A stretch of DNA of 64,000 bases from NCBI GenBank assembly GCA_038087875.1, contig CM075988.1, positions 13,704,001-13,768,000 of the forward strand, given 5' to 3'. The notes beneath the pieces were generated by a model. The model searched no databases. It was not told the DNA's origin and was given only the letters and a program-made list of their open reading frames with translations. Below are positions 36,088 through 47,659 of the stretch, one piece after another. The stretch is from Malacoraja senta. Its lineage: Eukaryota. Position 1 is the first letter of the stretch, and each line of letters opens with the position of its first letter. The position numbers and the translations under genes are program-made.

Positions 36088-39000
36088 AACAGGCCCAAGA
36101 TGGCGCCTGCCTGCGGCAACTTTTGCGGAGCACCAGAACAGAAAAGGTTCACCTACAACTTCTATCAACTCACCTGCATCAGGGAAACGGCAGTAATCGG
36201 TGCCGTTTCAGACAAGCTGTTTGGGCAGCTGAAAGCGCTGGCAATTTCGTGATCTCCCGCAGCTGCGGGAGCCCCGAACTTTAAATTTTCCCACGCTGGC
36301 TGTGGAACTCCCGACCCGACTGAGGATCCCAGGTACTGTACCTGGAAACCCCGGGATGACCTGCAGAGCCCACGGGCCGGATCTCCCAGGAACAACGGAG
36401 CTGGAGCTGCCGACTTTGAAGGTACCCCCGTTCGTTACGGAGCTGGAGCTGCCGTCTGTGAAGGTCCGCAGAAACAGCAGGTACAATAGACTCAGCACCT
36501 GGAAACAAAGGGGAAGCCTCCATTGTGTTCGGAAACGTGGCCGACGGGCAGGACTTCAGGTCAGACTGAAGCGCAGGGGACTTCGGCCCCCTCTCCCTAC
36601 TATCCTACTGGCCAATGTACAGTCACTAGAAAATAAAGTGGAGGACTTAAGGGCAAGACTGCTTTATCAAAGGGAGCTGAGGGAATGCTCTGTGTTCTGT
36701 TTCACAGAGACATGGCACACCCCCAGCTCCCCAGATTCAGCGGTCCAGCCTGAAGGGTTCTCCATCCATCGTATGGACCGTACACTGACATCTGGGAAAG
36801 GGAGAGGATGGGGCGTCTGCCTCATGGTCAACTCTGCGTGGTGCTCAGACGTGGCAGTCCTGTCCAACTCCTGCTCTCCACACCTCGAACATCTGGCAGT
36901 GAAGTGTCGTCCCTTCTACCTTCCGAGGGAATTCACCTCCATCATCCTGACCGCGGTCTACATCCCACCCCAGGCAGACGTCCGTCTGGCACTGGGGGAG
37001 CTGCACGCCGTGGTCAACAAACACCAGACGTCTTACCCCGAGGCGTTTACCACCATAGCCGGGGACTTCAATAAGGCAAACCTAAAGAAATCACTCCCTA
37101 ACTTCCACCAACATGTCTCCTGCTGCACCAGAGGACCAAACACCCTCGACCACTGCTACACCACCATCAAGAATGCCTATCGCTCTATCCCTCGCCCTCA
37201 CTTCGGTAAATCCGACCATACTGCGGTGCTGCTTCTTCCTGCCTACAGGCAGCAATTAAAGAGTGCACCCCCAGAGGTGAGGACAGTACAGAGCTGGTCG
37301 GGGGGGGGGGGGGGGGCAGAGGGACAACTCCAGGACTGTTTGGAGTCTGTAGACTGGGCAATGTTCAAGGACTCGGCTACGGACCTGAACGAATACGCCA
37401 CAGTCGTTACAGACTTCATTGAGAAGTGTGTGGAGGACTGCATCCCCACCAAAACCTTCCGAGCGTTTCCCAATCAGAAACCTTGGATGAACTTTGAGAT
37501 CCGCACTCTTCTGAAGTCCAGACACCGGGCATTCATGTCTGATGATACAGTGGCCTACAAGGAGTCCAGATACGACCTTGGTAAGGCCATCAAAAAGGCC
37601 AAAAGGGACTTCTGCTCCAAACTGGAGGAAGAGACAGATGTTCGGCAGCTGTGGCAGGGCCTGAATGCAATCACCTCTTACAAGGCGAAATCAGGAGGCA
37701 GCTCGAATGTCGGCGAAACATCACTCCCTGATGAGCTCAATACGTTTTACGCACGCTTTGATAGGGAGAACACTGATGTGCCTTGCCGAGCCCCCATTCG
37801 CTGTGATGGTATTTCAGTCTCAGTCACAGAGGCCGACGTCAACAAATCCTTCAGAGGGGTGAACCCTCGAAAAGCGCCTGGACCTGATGGTATACCTGGT
37901 CGCGTTCTAAAAACCTGTGCGGACCAACTGGCTGGAGTTTTTACGGACATTTTCAACCTCTCACTTCTGAGGTCTGAGATCCCCACCTGCTTCAAAAGGG
38001 CATCAATTATACCAGTGCCCAAGAAGAGTAAGGTGACGTGCCTCAATGACTATCGACCTGTGGCACTAACGCCTGTGGTGATGAAGTGCTTTGAGAGGTT
38101 GATCATGACGCAGATCAACTCCTACCTCGACAAAAACCTGGACCCACTGCAGTTCGCTTACCGCCACAACAGATCAACGGTGGATGCGATCTCGCTGGCC
38201 CTCCACTCCGCTCTGGACCACTTGGACAACAAAAACTCATATGTCAGGCTGTTATTCATCGATTACAGCTCGGTATTTAACACAATCATCCCCTCCAAGC
38301 TGGTTACCAAACTCGCAGAACTGGGTCTCTGCGCATCCCTCTGCAATTGGATCCTCGACTTCCTCACTCTCAGACCACAGTCTGTTCGTATTGGTGGAAA
38401 TGTGTCAGACTCTATAACAATTAGCACGGGAGCACCTCAAGGCTGCGTGCTCAGTCCTCTGCTGTACTCACTCTATACTCATGACTGCGAAGCCGGACAT
38501 AGTGCGAACTCCATCATCAAGTTCGCTGATGACACCACTGTTGTGGGACGTATCACTGATGGGGATGAGTCAGAGTATAGAAGAGAGATCGAGCAACTGT
38601 CCATATGGTTCCAGCACAACAACCTGGCCCTCAACACCAGCAAAACCAAGGAACTGATTGTGGACTTTGGAAGGAGTAGGATGGGGACCCACAGTCCCGT
38701 TTATATCAACGGGTCGATGGTTGAAAGGGTCAAGAGCTTCAAATTCCTGGGCGTGCACATCTCTGAAGATCTTTCCTGGTCCGAGAACAATGATGCCATT
38801 ATTAAGAAAGCACATCAGCGCCTCTACTTCCTGAGAAGATTACGGAGATTCGGTTTGTCAAGGAGGACTCTCTCTAACTTCTACAGGTGCACAGTAGAGA
38901 GCATGCTGACCGGTTGCATCGTGGCTTGGTTCGGCAACTTGATTGCCCTGGAGAGGAAAAGACTACAAAAAGTAGTAAACACTGCCCAGTTCATCATCGG

Positions 39001-39386
39001 CTCTGACCTCCGTTCCATCGAGGGGATCTACCACAGTCGCTGCCTCAAAAAGGCTGGCAGCATCATCAAGGACCCACACCATCCTGGCCACACACTCATC
39101 TCCCTACTACCTTCAGGTAGAAGGTACAGGAGCCTGAAGACTGCAACGACCAGGTTCAGGAACAGCTACTTCCCCACAGCCATCAGGCTATTAAACCTGG
39201 CTCGGACATAACACTGAACTTTACTAGCCAATACTGTTATTTGCACTTTATCAGTATATTGACCATTGTGTATATATTTATAGAATGCCTTGTAGTAAAT
39301 GCCTACTATGTTCTGTTGTGCTCAAGCAAAGCAAGAATTTCATTGTCCTACCAGGGACACATGACAATAAACTCACTTGACTTGAC
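36088..39386 (+). mobile_element. Apparently full-length Rex1/Babar-type LINE
   Basis: 5' caagatggcgcc leader, a single long APE+RT ORF, an AATAAA + (cttga)n tail and a 4-bp duplication tact at 36069-36072 and 39387-39390. Confidence 0.9.
36302..39211 (+). CDS. Rex1/Babar APE endonuclease-reverse transcriptase (969-aa open frame; true start uncertain)
   Basis: LANVQSL, FTETW, GDFN, LDHCY, GKSDH (APE); PGPDG, YRPVAL, GAPQGCVLSP, KFADD, FKFLG (RT). There are no in-frame stops. Confidence 0.9.
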   Translation: MELPTRLRIPGTVPGNPGMTCRAHGPDLPGTTELELPTLKVPPFVTELELPSVKVRRNSRYNRLSTWKQRGSLHCVRKRGRRAGLQVRLKRRGLRPPLPTILLANVQSLENKVEDLRARLLYQRELRECSVFCFTETWHTPSSPDSAVQPEGFSIHRMDRTLTSGKGRGWGVCLMVNSAWCSDVAVLSNSCSPHLEHLAVKCRPFYLPREFTSIILTAVYIPPQADVRLALGELHAVVNKHQTSYPEAFTTIAGDFNKANLKKSLPNFHQHVSCCTRGPNTLDHCYTTIKNAYRSIPRPHFGKSDHTAVLLLPAYRQQLKSAPPEVRTVQSWSGGGGGAEGQLQDCLESVDWAMFKDSATDLNEYATVVTDFIEKCVEDCIPTKTFRAFPNQKPWMNFEIRTLLKSRHRAFMSDDTVAYKESRYDLGKAIKKAKRDFCSKLEEETDVRQLWQGLNAITSYKAKSGGSSNVGETSLPDELNTFYARFDRENTDVPCRAPIRCDGISVSVTEADVNKSFRGVNPRKAPGPDGIPGRVLKTCADQLAGVFTDIFNLSLLRSEIPTCFKRASIIPVPKKSKVTCLNDYRPVALTPVVMKCFERLIMTQINSYLDKNLDPLQFAYRHNRSTVDAISLALHSALDHLDNKNSYVRLLFIDYSSVFNTIIPSKLVTKLAELGLCASLCNWILDFLTLRPQSVRIGGNVSDSITISTGAPQGCVLSPLLYSLYTHDCEAGHSANSIIKFADDTTVVGRITDGDESEYRREIEQLSIWFQHNNLALNTSKTKELIVDFGRSRMGTHSPVYINGSMVERVKSFKFLGVHISEDLSWSENNDAIIKKAHQRLYFLRRLRRFGLSRRTLSNFYRCTVESMLTGCIVAWFGNLIALERKRLQKVVNTAQFIIGSDLRSIEGIYHSRCLKKAGSIIKDPHHPGHTLISLLPSGRRYRSLKTATTRFRNSYFPTAIRLLNLART

Positions 39387-40104
39387 TACTCGCTAGAATT
39401 TAGAAGATTGAGAGGGGATCTTATATAAACTTACAAAATTCTTAAGGGGTTGGACAGGCTAGATGCAGGAAGATTGTTCCCGATGTTGGGGAAGTCCAGA
39501 ACAAGGGGTCACAGTTTAAGGATAAAGGGGAAATCTTTTAAGACTGAGATGAGAAAAACATTTTTTACACAGAGAGTGGTGAATCTCTGGAATTCTCTGC
39601 CACAGAATGTAGTTGAGGCCAGTTCATTGGCTATATTTAAGAGGGAGTTAGATGTGGCCCTTGTGGCTAAAGGGATCAGGGGGTATGGAGAGAAAGCAAC
39701 TGCAGGATACTGAGTTGGATGATCAGCCATGATTACATTGAATGGCGGTGCAGGCTCGAAGGGCCGAATGGCCTACTCCAGCACCTATTTTCTATGTTTT
39801 TATGTTTCTATGTTTCTACCTCAGTACCTCAATAATAAACCAAACTAAACTTTGAAGGATTCTATCAGACAACAAAACAGTAATGGAAACGCAATAGAAT
39901 TAATTATATAAACATTTTGCAAAGAGCAAAATGAAAATTTGTATGTACCTCTGATTCTGATAGAAGCTGAGACACAATCAACACACTTTTTATAGTATTT
40001 TTTTAATTTAAAAGCCAGACATAATTAGAAATTAATCAAATCAACACATTGTACATTGTTTTCATTGGAATGAATTTCAAAGGCAGATAATGTGCTCCTG
40101 CTAG

Positions 40105-40378
40105 AGGCACAGTGACACAGACGTAGAGCTGCTGCCTCTTCGATCTGGTTCGATCCTGACTATGGGTGCTGTCTGTGAGGAGTCTGGATGTGCTCCCTGT
40201 GACTGTGTGGGTTTTCTCCAGGCACTATGGTTTCATTCTACATTCTAAAGGATTTGTGCAGGTTTGTTGGTGAATTGGCATCTGTAAATTGCCCCCTGTA
40301 TGTAGGACATAGTACTCAATAATGGGTGATCAATGGCCGTGGACTCGGTGGGCTGAAGGGCCTGTTTCCATGCTGTAA
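40105..40378 (+). mobile_element. V-SINE
   Basis: tRNA-like head, V-domain and CR1-like tail. Confidence 0.8.
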
Positions 40379-41489
40379 AATATGATCACCCCCCCCCCCA
40401 GCCTCACACAGTTCACTCAGACAGCTCCATGTGAATATTTATTCCATATTTTCTGCCAATAATGAAGTTAAGCATAATAGTTGTGTCTCAATAAATTGCT
40501 GTCTTCTCTTTCTCACACCTTTTTTTAGATAATGTGCATTTACTGTAAAATGGTAATAAATGTCCTTTGTTCTTTGTCCTTTGTGTTCGCTGGCAGGATG
40601 TGATCAGATGTAGACCTGTGACACAATTTAGTTTCTAAACGACTGTTAAAAGGAGTCACACGGATTTGGAAATATAGGAGTTTATCTCCAAGTTGTATAT
40701 TCTTTGCTCATAGACGAGCAGAGTTTGAAATTGTAACATTTGGATCTATCACAGCTTCCAAATTATAAAGCAGCCACACTGTTCATCATTTTAAACACGG
40801 CAGGATTTCTTGAGGCAACACAGACAAAAACTTCCCTTGCAGAATTTTTTTTCACAGAAACGCTGTGATATAGACAAGCTGTGCTGGTAGAATAATAAGT
40901 AAAACAGACTGGTCATTTTGCTTTGTTTGCTGTGCGTGCTTGCTGGGCCCAAACTGGCTACTGCAGTTCCTGCATTGGAATAGTGAGAACACTTGAAAAT
41001 AAATAATATATTGCATGTAGAGTGCTTCCTGATATCTGATTCTGAGTCTTGCCAAGTTGCCAGCTTAGTACAAAGGAATCAAAAAGAGTGGTAAGAAATA
41101 CCTGAACTTCATAACCTTGCTGTGCAAAACAAAGCTAGAGCATAAGTTCCAGATAAAGGAATCATTGGCCATTCAATAAAAGGACCCCAAATTATTTACT
41201 TCCACTGGAACCAATACAAGACTTCTGCGAAGTGCATGTTATATCTGTTAGTATTTAAAAACTGTTGGACCCACAATTTTAATATCAATGCTTCAACTAG
41301 CTCCAAATAGACCATTTAAATGCTGTGCCGTCGAGAAGCAGGCAGCTTACTTCCTTAATATGACACAGAAGGAGGTCATTTGGCCCATTGGGTCCATGCT
41401 GTCTACAGAGTTGCTTGAAAATTGGTCCTAGAGCATTCAAGTGGCACTTGAGGGGTAGCTAGCTGCTAACTGTGTTTGAGGGAAGAAAT

Positions 41490-41670
41490 AAGCAGGTGAG
41501 GTTTCAGGTCGAGACCCTTCTTTAGACTGAGACCCAATCAGTCTGAAGAAGGGTCTCAACCCAAAACCTCACCCATTCCTTCTCTCCAGAGATGCTGCCT
41601 GTCCCGCTGAGTTACTCACGATTTTGGGTCTATCTTCGATATAAACCAACATCTGCAGTTCTTTCCTACG
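41490..41670. repeat. Penelope-derived partial palindrome
   Basis: gagacccttctttagactga...tcagtctgaagaagggtctc inverted pair followed by the pLTR tail. Confidence 0.75.
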
Positions 41671-42452
41671 CAGGTTTAATAAGTGTCTCAGTTGAGGAAA
41701 ACATACTGGATTTCTTCCTGATGTTTTTTTCTGTGGCAGACATCAGGTAGGCCTCTCTGTAGTAAATAAAAAGAACACAATACACGATAGAGTTTAACAT
41801 AAACATCCACCGAGGCAGAATCAACGTTTCCCACTGTGATGGAAGGCAATAAAATTCAGTCATCTTCCTCTTTGTTCACCCGTGGTCGGGGCCTTTGAAC
41901 CCTCCGCAGTCGCCGCTACAAGCCCTCTCGTGGGATGATTGGAACTCTGGCGTCGGAACGGAGGAACCCAGTTGGAGTTTCCGAATTGGCTGCTTCTTAC
42001 CGGAGACCGCGGCTTCCGAAGTCCACAGGCCGAGCTGGGCGGAGCGCCAACACTTGCGATCCCCGGCAAAAGATCCCAGGCCTCCGCGATGTTAAAGTCA
42101 GCATCGCGCCCGTGGCTAGAAGCTCCACAAACCACAGCTCCATGGTGTTAAAGTCAGCAGGCCCAACACTCCGGAGCTCCAACACAGGCGATCCCGGCAA
42201 GGTATCGCCCCGCTCTGCGATGATAATTCAGCGCTGGGGCGCTGCTGAAGCTCTGGCCAGTCTCCGGTAGGAAAGACCGCGCCAATCCAGTTGGTAGGTC
42301 GCGAGGAGGGGGCGAAGATGCGACACAGAGAAAAGACGCATCTCCGCCCCGGTAAGTGACCTAAAAACGGTTTCCCCCTATTCCCCCCACATAAGATATA
42401 CTAAGAAACATTTAAAACATACAATTAGACACGCTAAAATAACAAAAAGGGT

Positions 42453-42506
42453 GGGGTGGGAGATTGCAACCTTCACATGGTCCGCCCTGTTTCGACAAAT
42501 GCAATC
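42453..42506 (+). ncRNA. Minimal HDV-like self-cleaving ribozyme fold
   Basis: P1 GGGGUGG/CCGCCCU with a G1-U wobble; P2 GAUUGCA/UGCAAUC; P3 ACC/GGU; L3 UUCACAU; 1-bp P1.1; P4 reduced to U(UUCG)A; J4/2 CAAA containing the catalytic-position C (42496). Confidence 0.8.
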
Positions 42507-42598
42507 AACCTGGTGTGCACAATCAAATAGATCAAATAGAACAAGTTGTCCTACAACTTTAGGCTGTGCACGCCATATGCAAGAAGAAGAACAACAAC
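42453..42598 (+). mobile_element. 146-bp ribozyme-headed mini-retroelement (Ingi/Vingi-like non-autonomous element)
   Basis: A 12-13 bp TSD aacaaaaagggt(g) lies at 42441-42452 and 42599-42610. The 3' end is gccatatgc followed by an (aag)n/(aac)n tail. Confidence 0.85.
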
Positions 42599-42844
42599 AA
42601 CAAAAAGGGTGAAAGGACTAACAGCTGCTGGCGAGGCAGCCATTGCTGGCGCCACCCGGTGGAAGGGACAGACTTAATTCCTCTCTTGAAGATGCTCACA
42701 ATTACGGCACCTGAGAGGTCCCTTGCAGACGACCCTTCTCTTCCCAGGCCAGACAGTGAATTTGTGATTGAAAATATTCACTGCAGAGTTTTAGGATTTA
42801 CAGAGGGTGACCATCTACTCCAGAAGTCTTGATTAAATTAGTTT

Positions 42845-43605
42845 TGAGATAACCAGGCCCTTCATGGCCACCAGATCCATGACAACCATTAATTACCCAT
42901 TCTCATTTGTTCTATGTTATCCCACTTTATCAACCACTCCCTCAGCATTAGGGGCAATTTTAGAGAGGCCAAATAATCTACAAAGCCGCATGTCTTTGGG
43001 AAGTGGGAGGAAACTGGAGCACCCGGAGGACACCCTTGTGGTCAATAGACAATAGACAATAGGTGCAGGAATAGGCCATTCGGCCCTTCGATCCAACACC
43101 GTCATTCACTGTGATCATGGCTGATCATCCACAATCAGTACCCCGTTCCTGCCTTCTCACCATATCCCCTGCTCTGCTATCTTTAAGAGCTCCATCTAAC
43201 TCTCTCTTGAAAGCATCCAGAGAATTTGCCTCCACTGCCTTCTGAGGCAGAGAATTCCACAGATTCACAACATTCTGGGTGAAAAATATTTTCCTCTTCT
43301 CTGTTCTAAATGGCCTACCCCTTATTCTTAAACTGTGCCCCCGGTGCTGGACTCCCCCAACATCAGGAACATGTTTCCTGCCTCTAGCGTGTCCAATCCC
43401 TTAATAATCTTATATGTTTCAATAAGATACCCTCTCATCCTTCTAAATTCCAGAGTATACAAGCCCAGCCGCTCCATTCTATCAACATATGACAGTCCCG
43501 CCATCCCTGGAATTAACCTCATGGGAGAACATGTGGTCAGCACCTGAGATCAGGTTCAAACCCAAGTCTCTGGCGCGGTGAGGCAGCAACTCTAAACTTG
43601 TACCA
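42845..43605 (-). mobile_element. V-SINE interrupted by a CR1 3' fragment (43043-43519)
   Basis: SINE text is continuous across the gap. The CR1 peptide LIPGMAGLSY...YLIETYKIIKGLD and a (tctattg)n tail are on the minus strand. Confidence 0.8.
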
Positions 43606-44691
43606 TTATGTTGTAACTTTTTTCCAGTTGGGATATGCCCTTCTTGACTTTTTGTTGGCCAAGACCATCAGCAAGGCTAACCTCACATCAAGGAAATGTT
43701 AAAATGATCCTTGCAGTGGTGTCACTTGCTTCTCTGTCTGCAGTTAGTGTCCTGTCCCCGTCCCCATCCCCCCTCTCACCAACCACCCATCTCTTGGCAG
43801 TCAGAGAGCTGGGGCTTGGAGCATTCCAGCCTTGGATGATCTTACAATACTGAAGAGCCCACACATTTGGATGAGTTGTTAAGCTGAGTAGATGACATAA
43901 CTCAATGGGAAACAGAAAGAAAAGGATTATCCTTTGATGTCTGAAAATTACCTACCAACATTGCTAAAACAGAATATTTGGCTTTATTACTTTGCTGTTT
44001 GGGTAAGGTGGTTGTGTGCAAAAGGGCTGCCACATTTCCCACAAGACAAACGTGACTGCACTTCCAAAATAATGTTTTCATTGACTGCGAAGTACTTAGG
44101 GACGTGGTGAAAATTAAACTATTCCATAAATGAAGATTTGAGGCTTGTCAATTGTTCTGCTGTCTGATGTAACTCTGTTAACGGAGAAATCAGCGGTAAT
44201 GGAATATTCTTGATCCACATAAAAGACATTTATTATTTACATGAGTGAACGTTACATTTTCTAGGTTGTGGGAGATGTGATTGCATTTGAAATAGTGCAA
44301 GGCATTATAGTCTCTGGGATGACTCTGAAGAGATAAAGATGGTAATGAAACAGAGCAAATAGGGTTGATGTTATGTGCATTACAAATTCATAGTTTATTT
44401 TGAGGTAGGATTAAATAATGAACATAAATATCATTCGTTAGTTGTGAAGTAGGCAACAGAAATGGTGTAATATAACATCACTAAGCATCAGAACTCACCA
44501 CCTTGTGGTTGTTGATGTTTGTCAGCATGTTATCTCCAGGATTTAAAAGAATGATATAATTCTTATGATGACAGAAGCTCAATATAAAACACAAGAAGCG
44601 ACAAACTCTTATCTGCCATTTAAAATTAAACCCTGAAATTGAAAGAAACAATAATAGAGAAAATCAAAGATAGCTGATACCTCTAGGGAAT

Positions 44692-44892
44692 TGGAGACAC
44701 AAGGAACTGCAGGTGCAGGCTTACAAAAAAAAAAAGCAAAGTGCCAGAGTAACTCACTAGGACAGAGAGCAACTCTGGAGAACATGGATAAGTGACATTT
44801 CGGGTCCCGACCCAAACCGTCATCTATCTATGTTCTCCAAAGGTGCTGCCTGACCCACTGAGTTACTCCAGTACTTTGTGCCTTTTTATTCA
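44692..44892. mobile_element. Penelope-derived palindrome
   Basis: Inverted arms, with an 8-bp TSD tagggaat at 44684-44691 and 44893-44900. Confidence 0.7.
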
Positions 44893-45404
44893 TAGGGAAT
44901 GGTTTTGTATTACTACAAGCGTGTCAGCTCTACCCAGATTGCCCTGTATACTTAATCCAATGCAGAAGTCCAAGACATGCTGAAGGTAAGATGGTGGCCC
45001 ATCTGGCTGTTCCCTCCGCCCCTGCAGTGTCCTTTGCCCAAACAAAGGGCAATGATTTGCAGGAGCGTGTCCAAATAAACTTTGCCTGCATTTGGATGGA
45101 CTCACCCATCCTGTGGGGGAAGTTGAACACTTCACCAATTTTATTTTATCTTTAATAATTACTTTGTACTTAATTAGTGCTATCAATTAATATTTTTAAA
45201 TCTAGTCAATTTGAACAGTCAAAGACATTTATAATAAGTCATTGATAATCAGTGAGCTTTAAAACAAAATGTTAGCAAGGAGTAATGGAATTAACATCTC
45301 AGGTCAAATGCTTTTTCACTGAGTGTTTCCATCAACTTCTGCTCTATTTCAGATTTCCAGTCTCTCTAGCTTTTTGATTACTTTTCTCAGTGAGCTTTGA
45401 ATTG

Positions 45405-45860
45405 AATTTAGAGATACAGTATGGAAGCAGTCGTTCAGCCCATTGGGTCTACATTGATCAATAAACACCCATTCACACTAGGTCTATGTTATCCCACTTT
45501 TTCATCCACTCCCTACACATTAGAGGCAATTTTATAGAGGCTGATTGATCTACAAACCCGCATGTCTTGGGATGTGGGAGGACACCAGAGCACCCGAAGG
45601 CAACCCATGTGATCACAGGGAAAACCGCACACACATAACATTCACGCTGCCTTGGCAAGGCCACCAGCATAATCAAGGACGAGTCTCACCCCATCAGGCA
45701 AGAGGTACAGAAGGTGAAAACTCACACCTCCAGATTCAGGGAAATTTTCTTCCCAGCTGTTATCAGGCAACTGAATCATCCTATCAACAACTAACTTACT
45801 ACTCACCTCACTGGAGGCCCTCGGACAATCTTTAATTGAACTTTACTGGACTATATCTTT
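45405..45860. mobile_element. Minus-strand V-SINE fragment abutting a plus-strand Rex1 3' remnant
   Basis: SINE reverse complement at 45405-45630, then cagcataatcaaggac...catcaggcaagaggtacagaag...ttcccagctgttatcagg. Confidence 0.65.
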
Positions 45861-46101
45861 CACTAATCCATGGGTCCCAACCTTTTTCGTCCTGTTTACA
45901 CCTGGCAACTTTAATAGTACATAACAATGTTGTTTCACTAATTTATGAACAACTAATGATGAACAGATATCAGCATACCAGAAGCAAACACAGTCAGTCA
46001 ATGAGAATAAATATGTACAAATCCAGGATCAACACATTTATACCCTGGGTAGGTGATCATTCAACACTTTTTATGCAGGTTTGCCAAACAGAACAGTCCA
46101 A

Positions 46102-46414
46102 CAAAAGAGACAAAGTGGTGGAGTAACTCAGTAGGTCAGGCAGCATCTCTGGAGAACATGGATAGGTGACATTTTGGGTCAGAACCCGTCTTTAGACCTG
46201 TAAATGGACAGAAAGTGCTGGCGTAACTCAGCGGGTCAGGCAGCATCAGTGGAAAACATGGATAGGTGACATTTTGGGTCAGAACCCATCTTTAGACCCA
46301 AAATGTCACCTACACAGGTTCTCCATGGATGTTGCCTGACCCACTGATATACTCCAGCATATTGTGTGTGTTTTTTGTTGTAAATCAGCATCTGCAGTTC
46401 CTTGTATCTACTGG
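46102..46414. mobile_element. Penelope-derived element with two tandem arms plus one inverted arm
   Basis: A ~100-bp direct repeat (46107-46198, 46207-46298) is followed by its reverse complement. A 9-bp TSD acagtccaa lies at 46093-46101 and 46415-46423. Confidence 0.75.
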
Positions 46415-47292
46415 ACAGTCCAATGCTCGTTGTTCCCAGTGATATGTATCAATGGTGAAACTCTTCAGGAATGATCTAATAACAATTTCTGCCCATCATC
46501 CGGTGAGTCATGTACACAAACAAGCTGCTGAACTGAATCATAATAAACTTTTCATGTGAAATAAGTGGACCCTCAAAAATTGATTGCTCTGGTTTTTCAC
46601 AAATAAAGCACCAGAACCTTGAACTTGAAGACTTTAAAGATGTTTGAGCACTATTGATTGTGACATTAGCTAGCAGGTCTGATCAGTGATCTGCTACTCA
46701 AAGTTAATGAAGGGAGCTGAGGCCAATGACAAACTGGATAATGTAAAGTACGAGGCTCCCTTTTTTATCTTATGATTTGGAAATAATTGCTGATCTATTA
46801 TATTCTAAAATAATATGTCTTTTGTTACTGACTGAAGAACAAATAACTTTTGACATTGTAATAAAGATTATTTTTTATTCAAATATTCTCCATTTGTTAA
46901 TGAAACTGTTTCACCTATCTCTGTTCCATTTATTACGAAGTTATTCAGATTGTCCTAACTTGTTCTGTTTAGCAGATGTACAAACACTGTGAGGTTGTGG
47001 TAATCTGAGTGATAATCTATTCATTGAATCATCATTGGTTTACATGGTTTTAACTCATCCAACAGGCAGCCAATATTGAAGAAGAGTTGCTTGATCTTTA
47101 AATGCAGAGCTAAACCCGGACCTGGGCAAATACACATTTTAAATCCCAAATCATTTTTTGTAGGGAGCTCTCCAAAAGATGAATGAATCTAATGTACATG
47201 GTCTGGCAATCAATGTCACGATTGTTTGTGGAATTCTGTGTTCAAAACTTGCTTGATTTGTTTATAATGCAATTTATTTCAAACTATGTTAA

Positions 47293-47508
47293 GATCAACT
47301 CAAAATGCTGGAGTAACTCAGCGGGACAGGCAGCATCTATGGATAGAATGAATGAGTGATGTTTCGGGTCGAAACCCTTCTTCAGACTGTGTTTCAACCC
47401 GAAACATCACCCATTCCTTCTCTCCAGAGATGCTGCCTGTCCCGCTGAGTTACTCCAGCATTTAGTGTCTATCTTCGGTGTAAACTAGCATCGGCAGTTC
47501 CTTCCTAC
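47293..47508. mobile_element. Penelope-derived fold-back palindrome
   Basis: Inverted arms, with a 14-bp TSD tcaaac(t/c)atgttaa at 47279-47292 and 47509-47522. Confidence 0.8.
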
Positions 47509-47659
47509 TCAAACCATGTTAATATGTGTATAATGCTTTGGCATGGTTTATGAGAGAAATAGGACTAGGTTACAAAGTGACTCATTATATTATTCCCAAG
47601 ATGCAAGGTGGGACACATTTATTGTGCATCCAGTTATATAATTTAGTTAAAACGTTACA

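Larger units (their letters stand above)
35746..39817 (+). mobile_element. Young CR1 3' fragment split by a Rex1 insertion (36073-39386)
   Basis: ORF 35760-36074 continues as 39450-39713 and is nearly identical to the reverse complement of 19552-20300. Confidence 0.92.
41770..42665 (-). mobile_element. CpG-rich non-coding retro-element (copy B), host of the ribozyme-headed mini-element
   Basis: Shares the aacatccacc...cactgtgatggaaggc block and the 5' ggc.gcctcgcca block with copy A. It has internal direct repeats. Confidence 0.65.

Noticed and set aside
40560..40590. Three CTTTGT (SOX/TCF-like) motifs as an enhancer
   Set aside because: Short low-complexity motifs that cannot be supported without conservation or chromatin data.
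45868..46060. hAT-Charlie-like start ccatgggtcccaaccttttt
   Set aside because: No matching second TIR or TSD was found.
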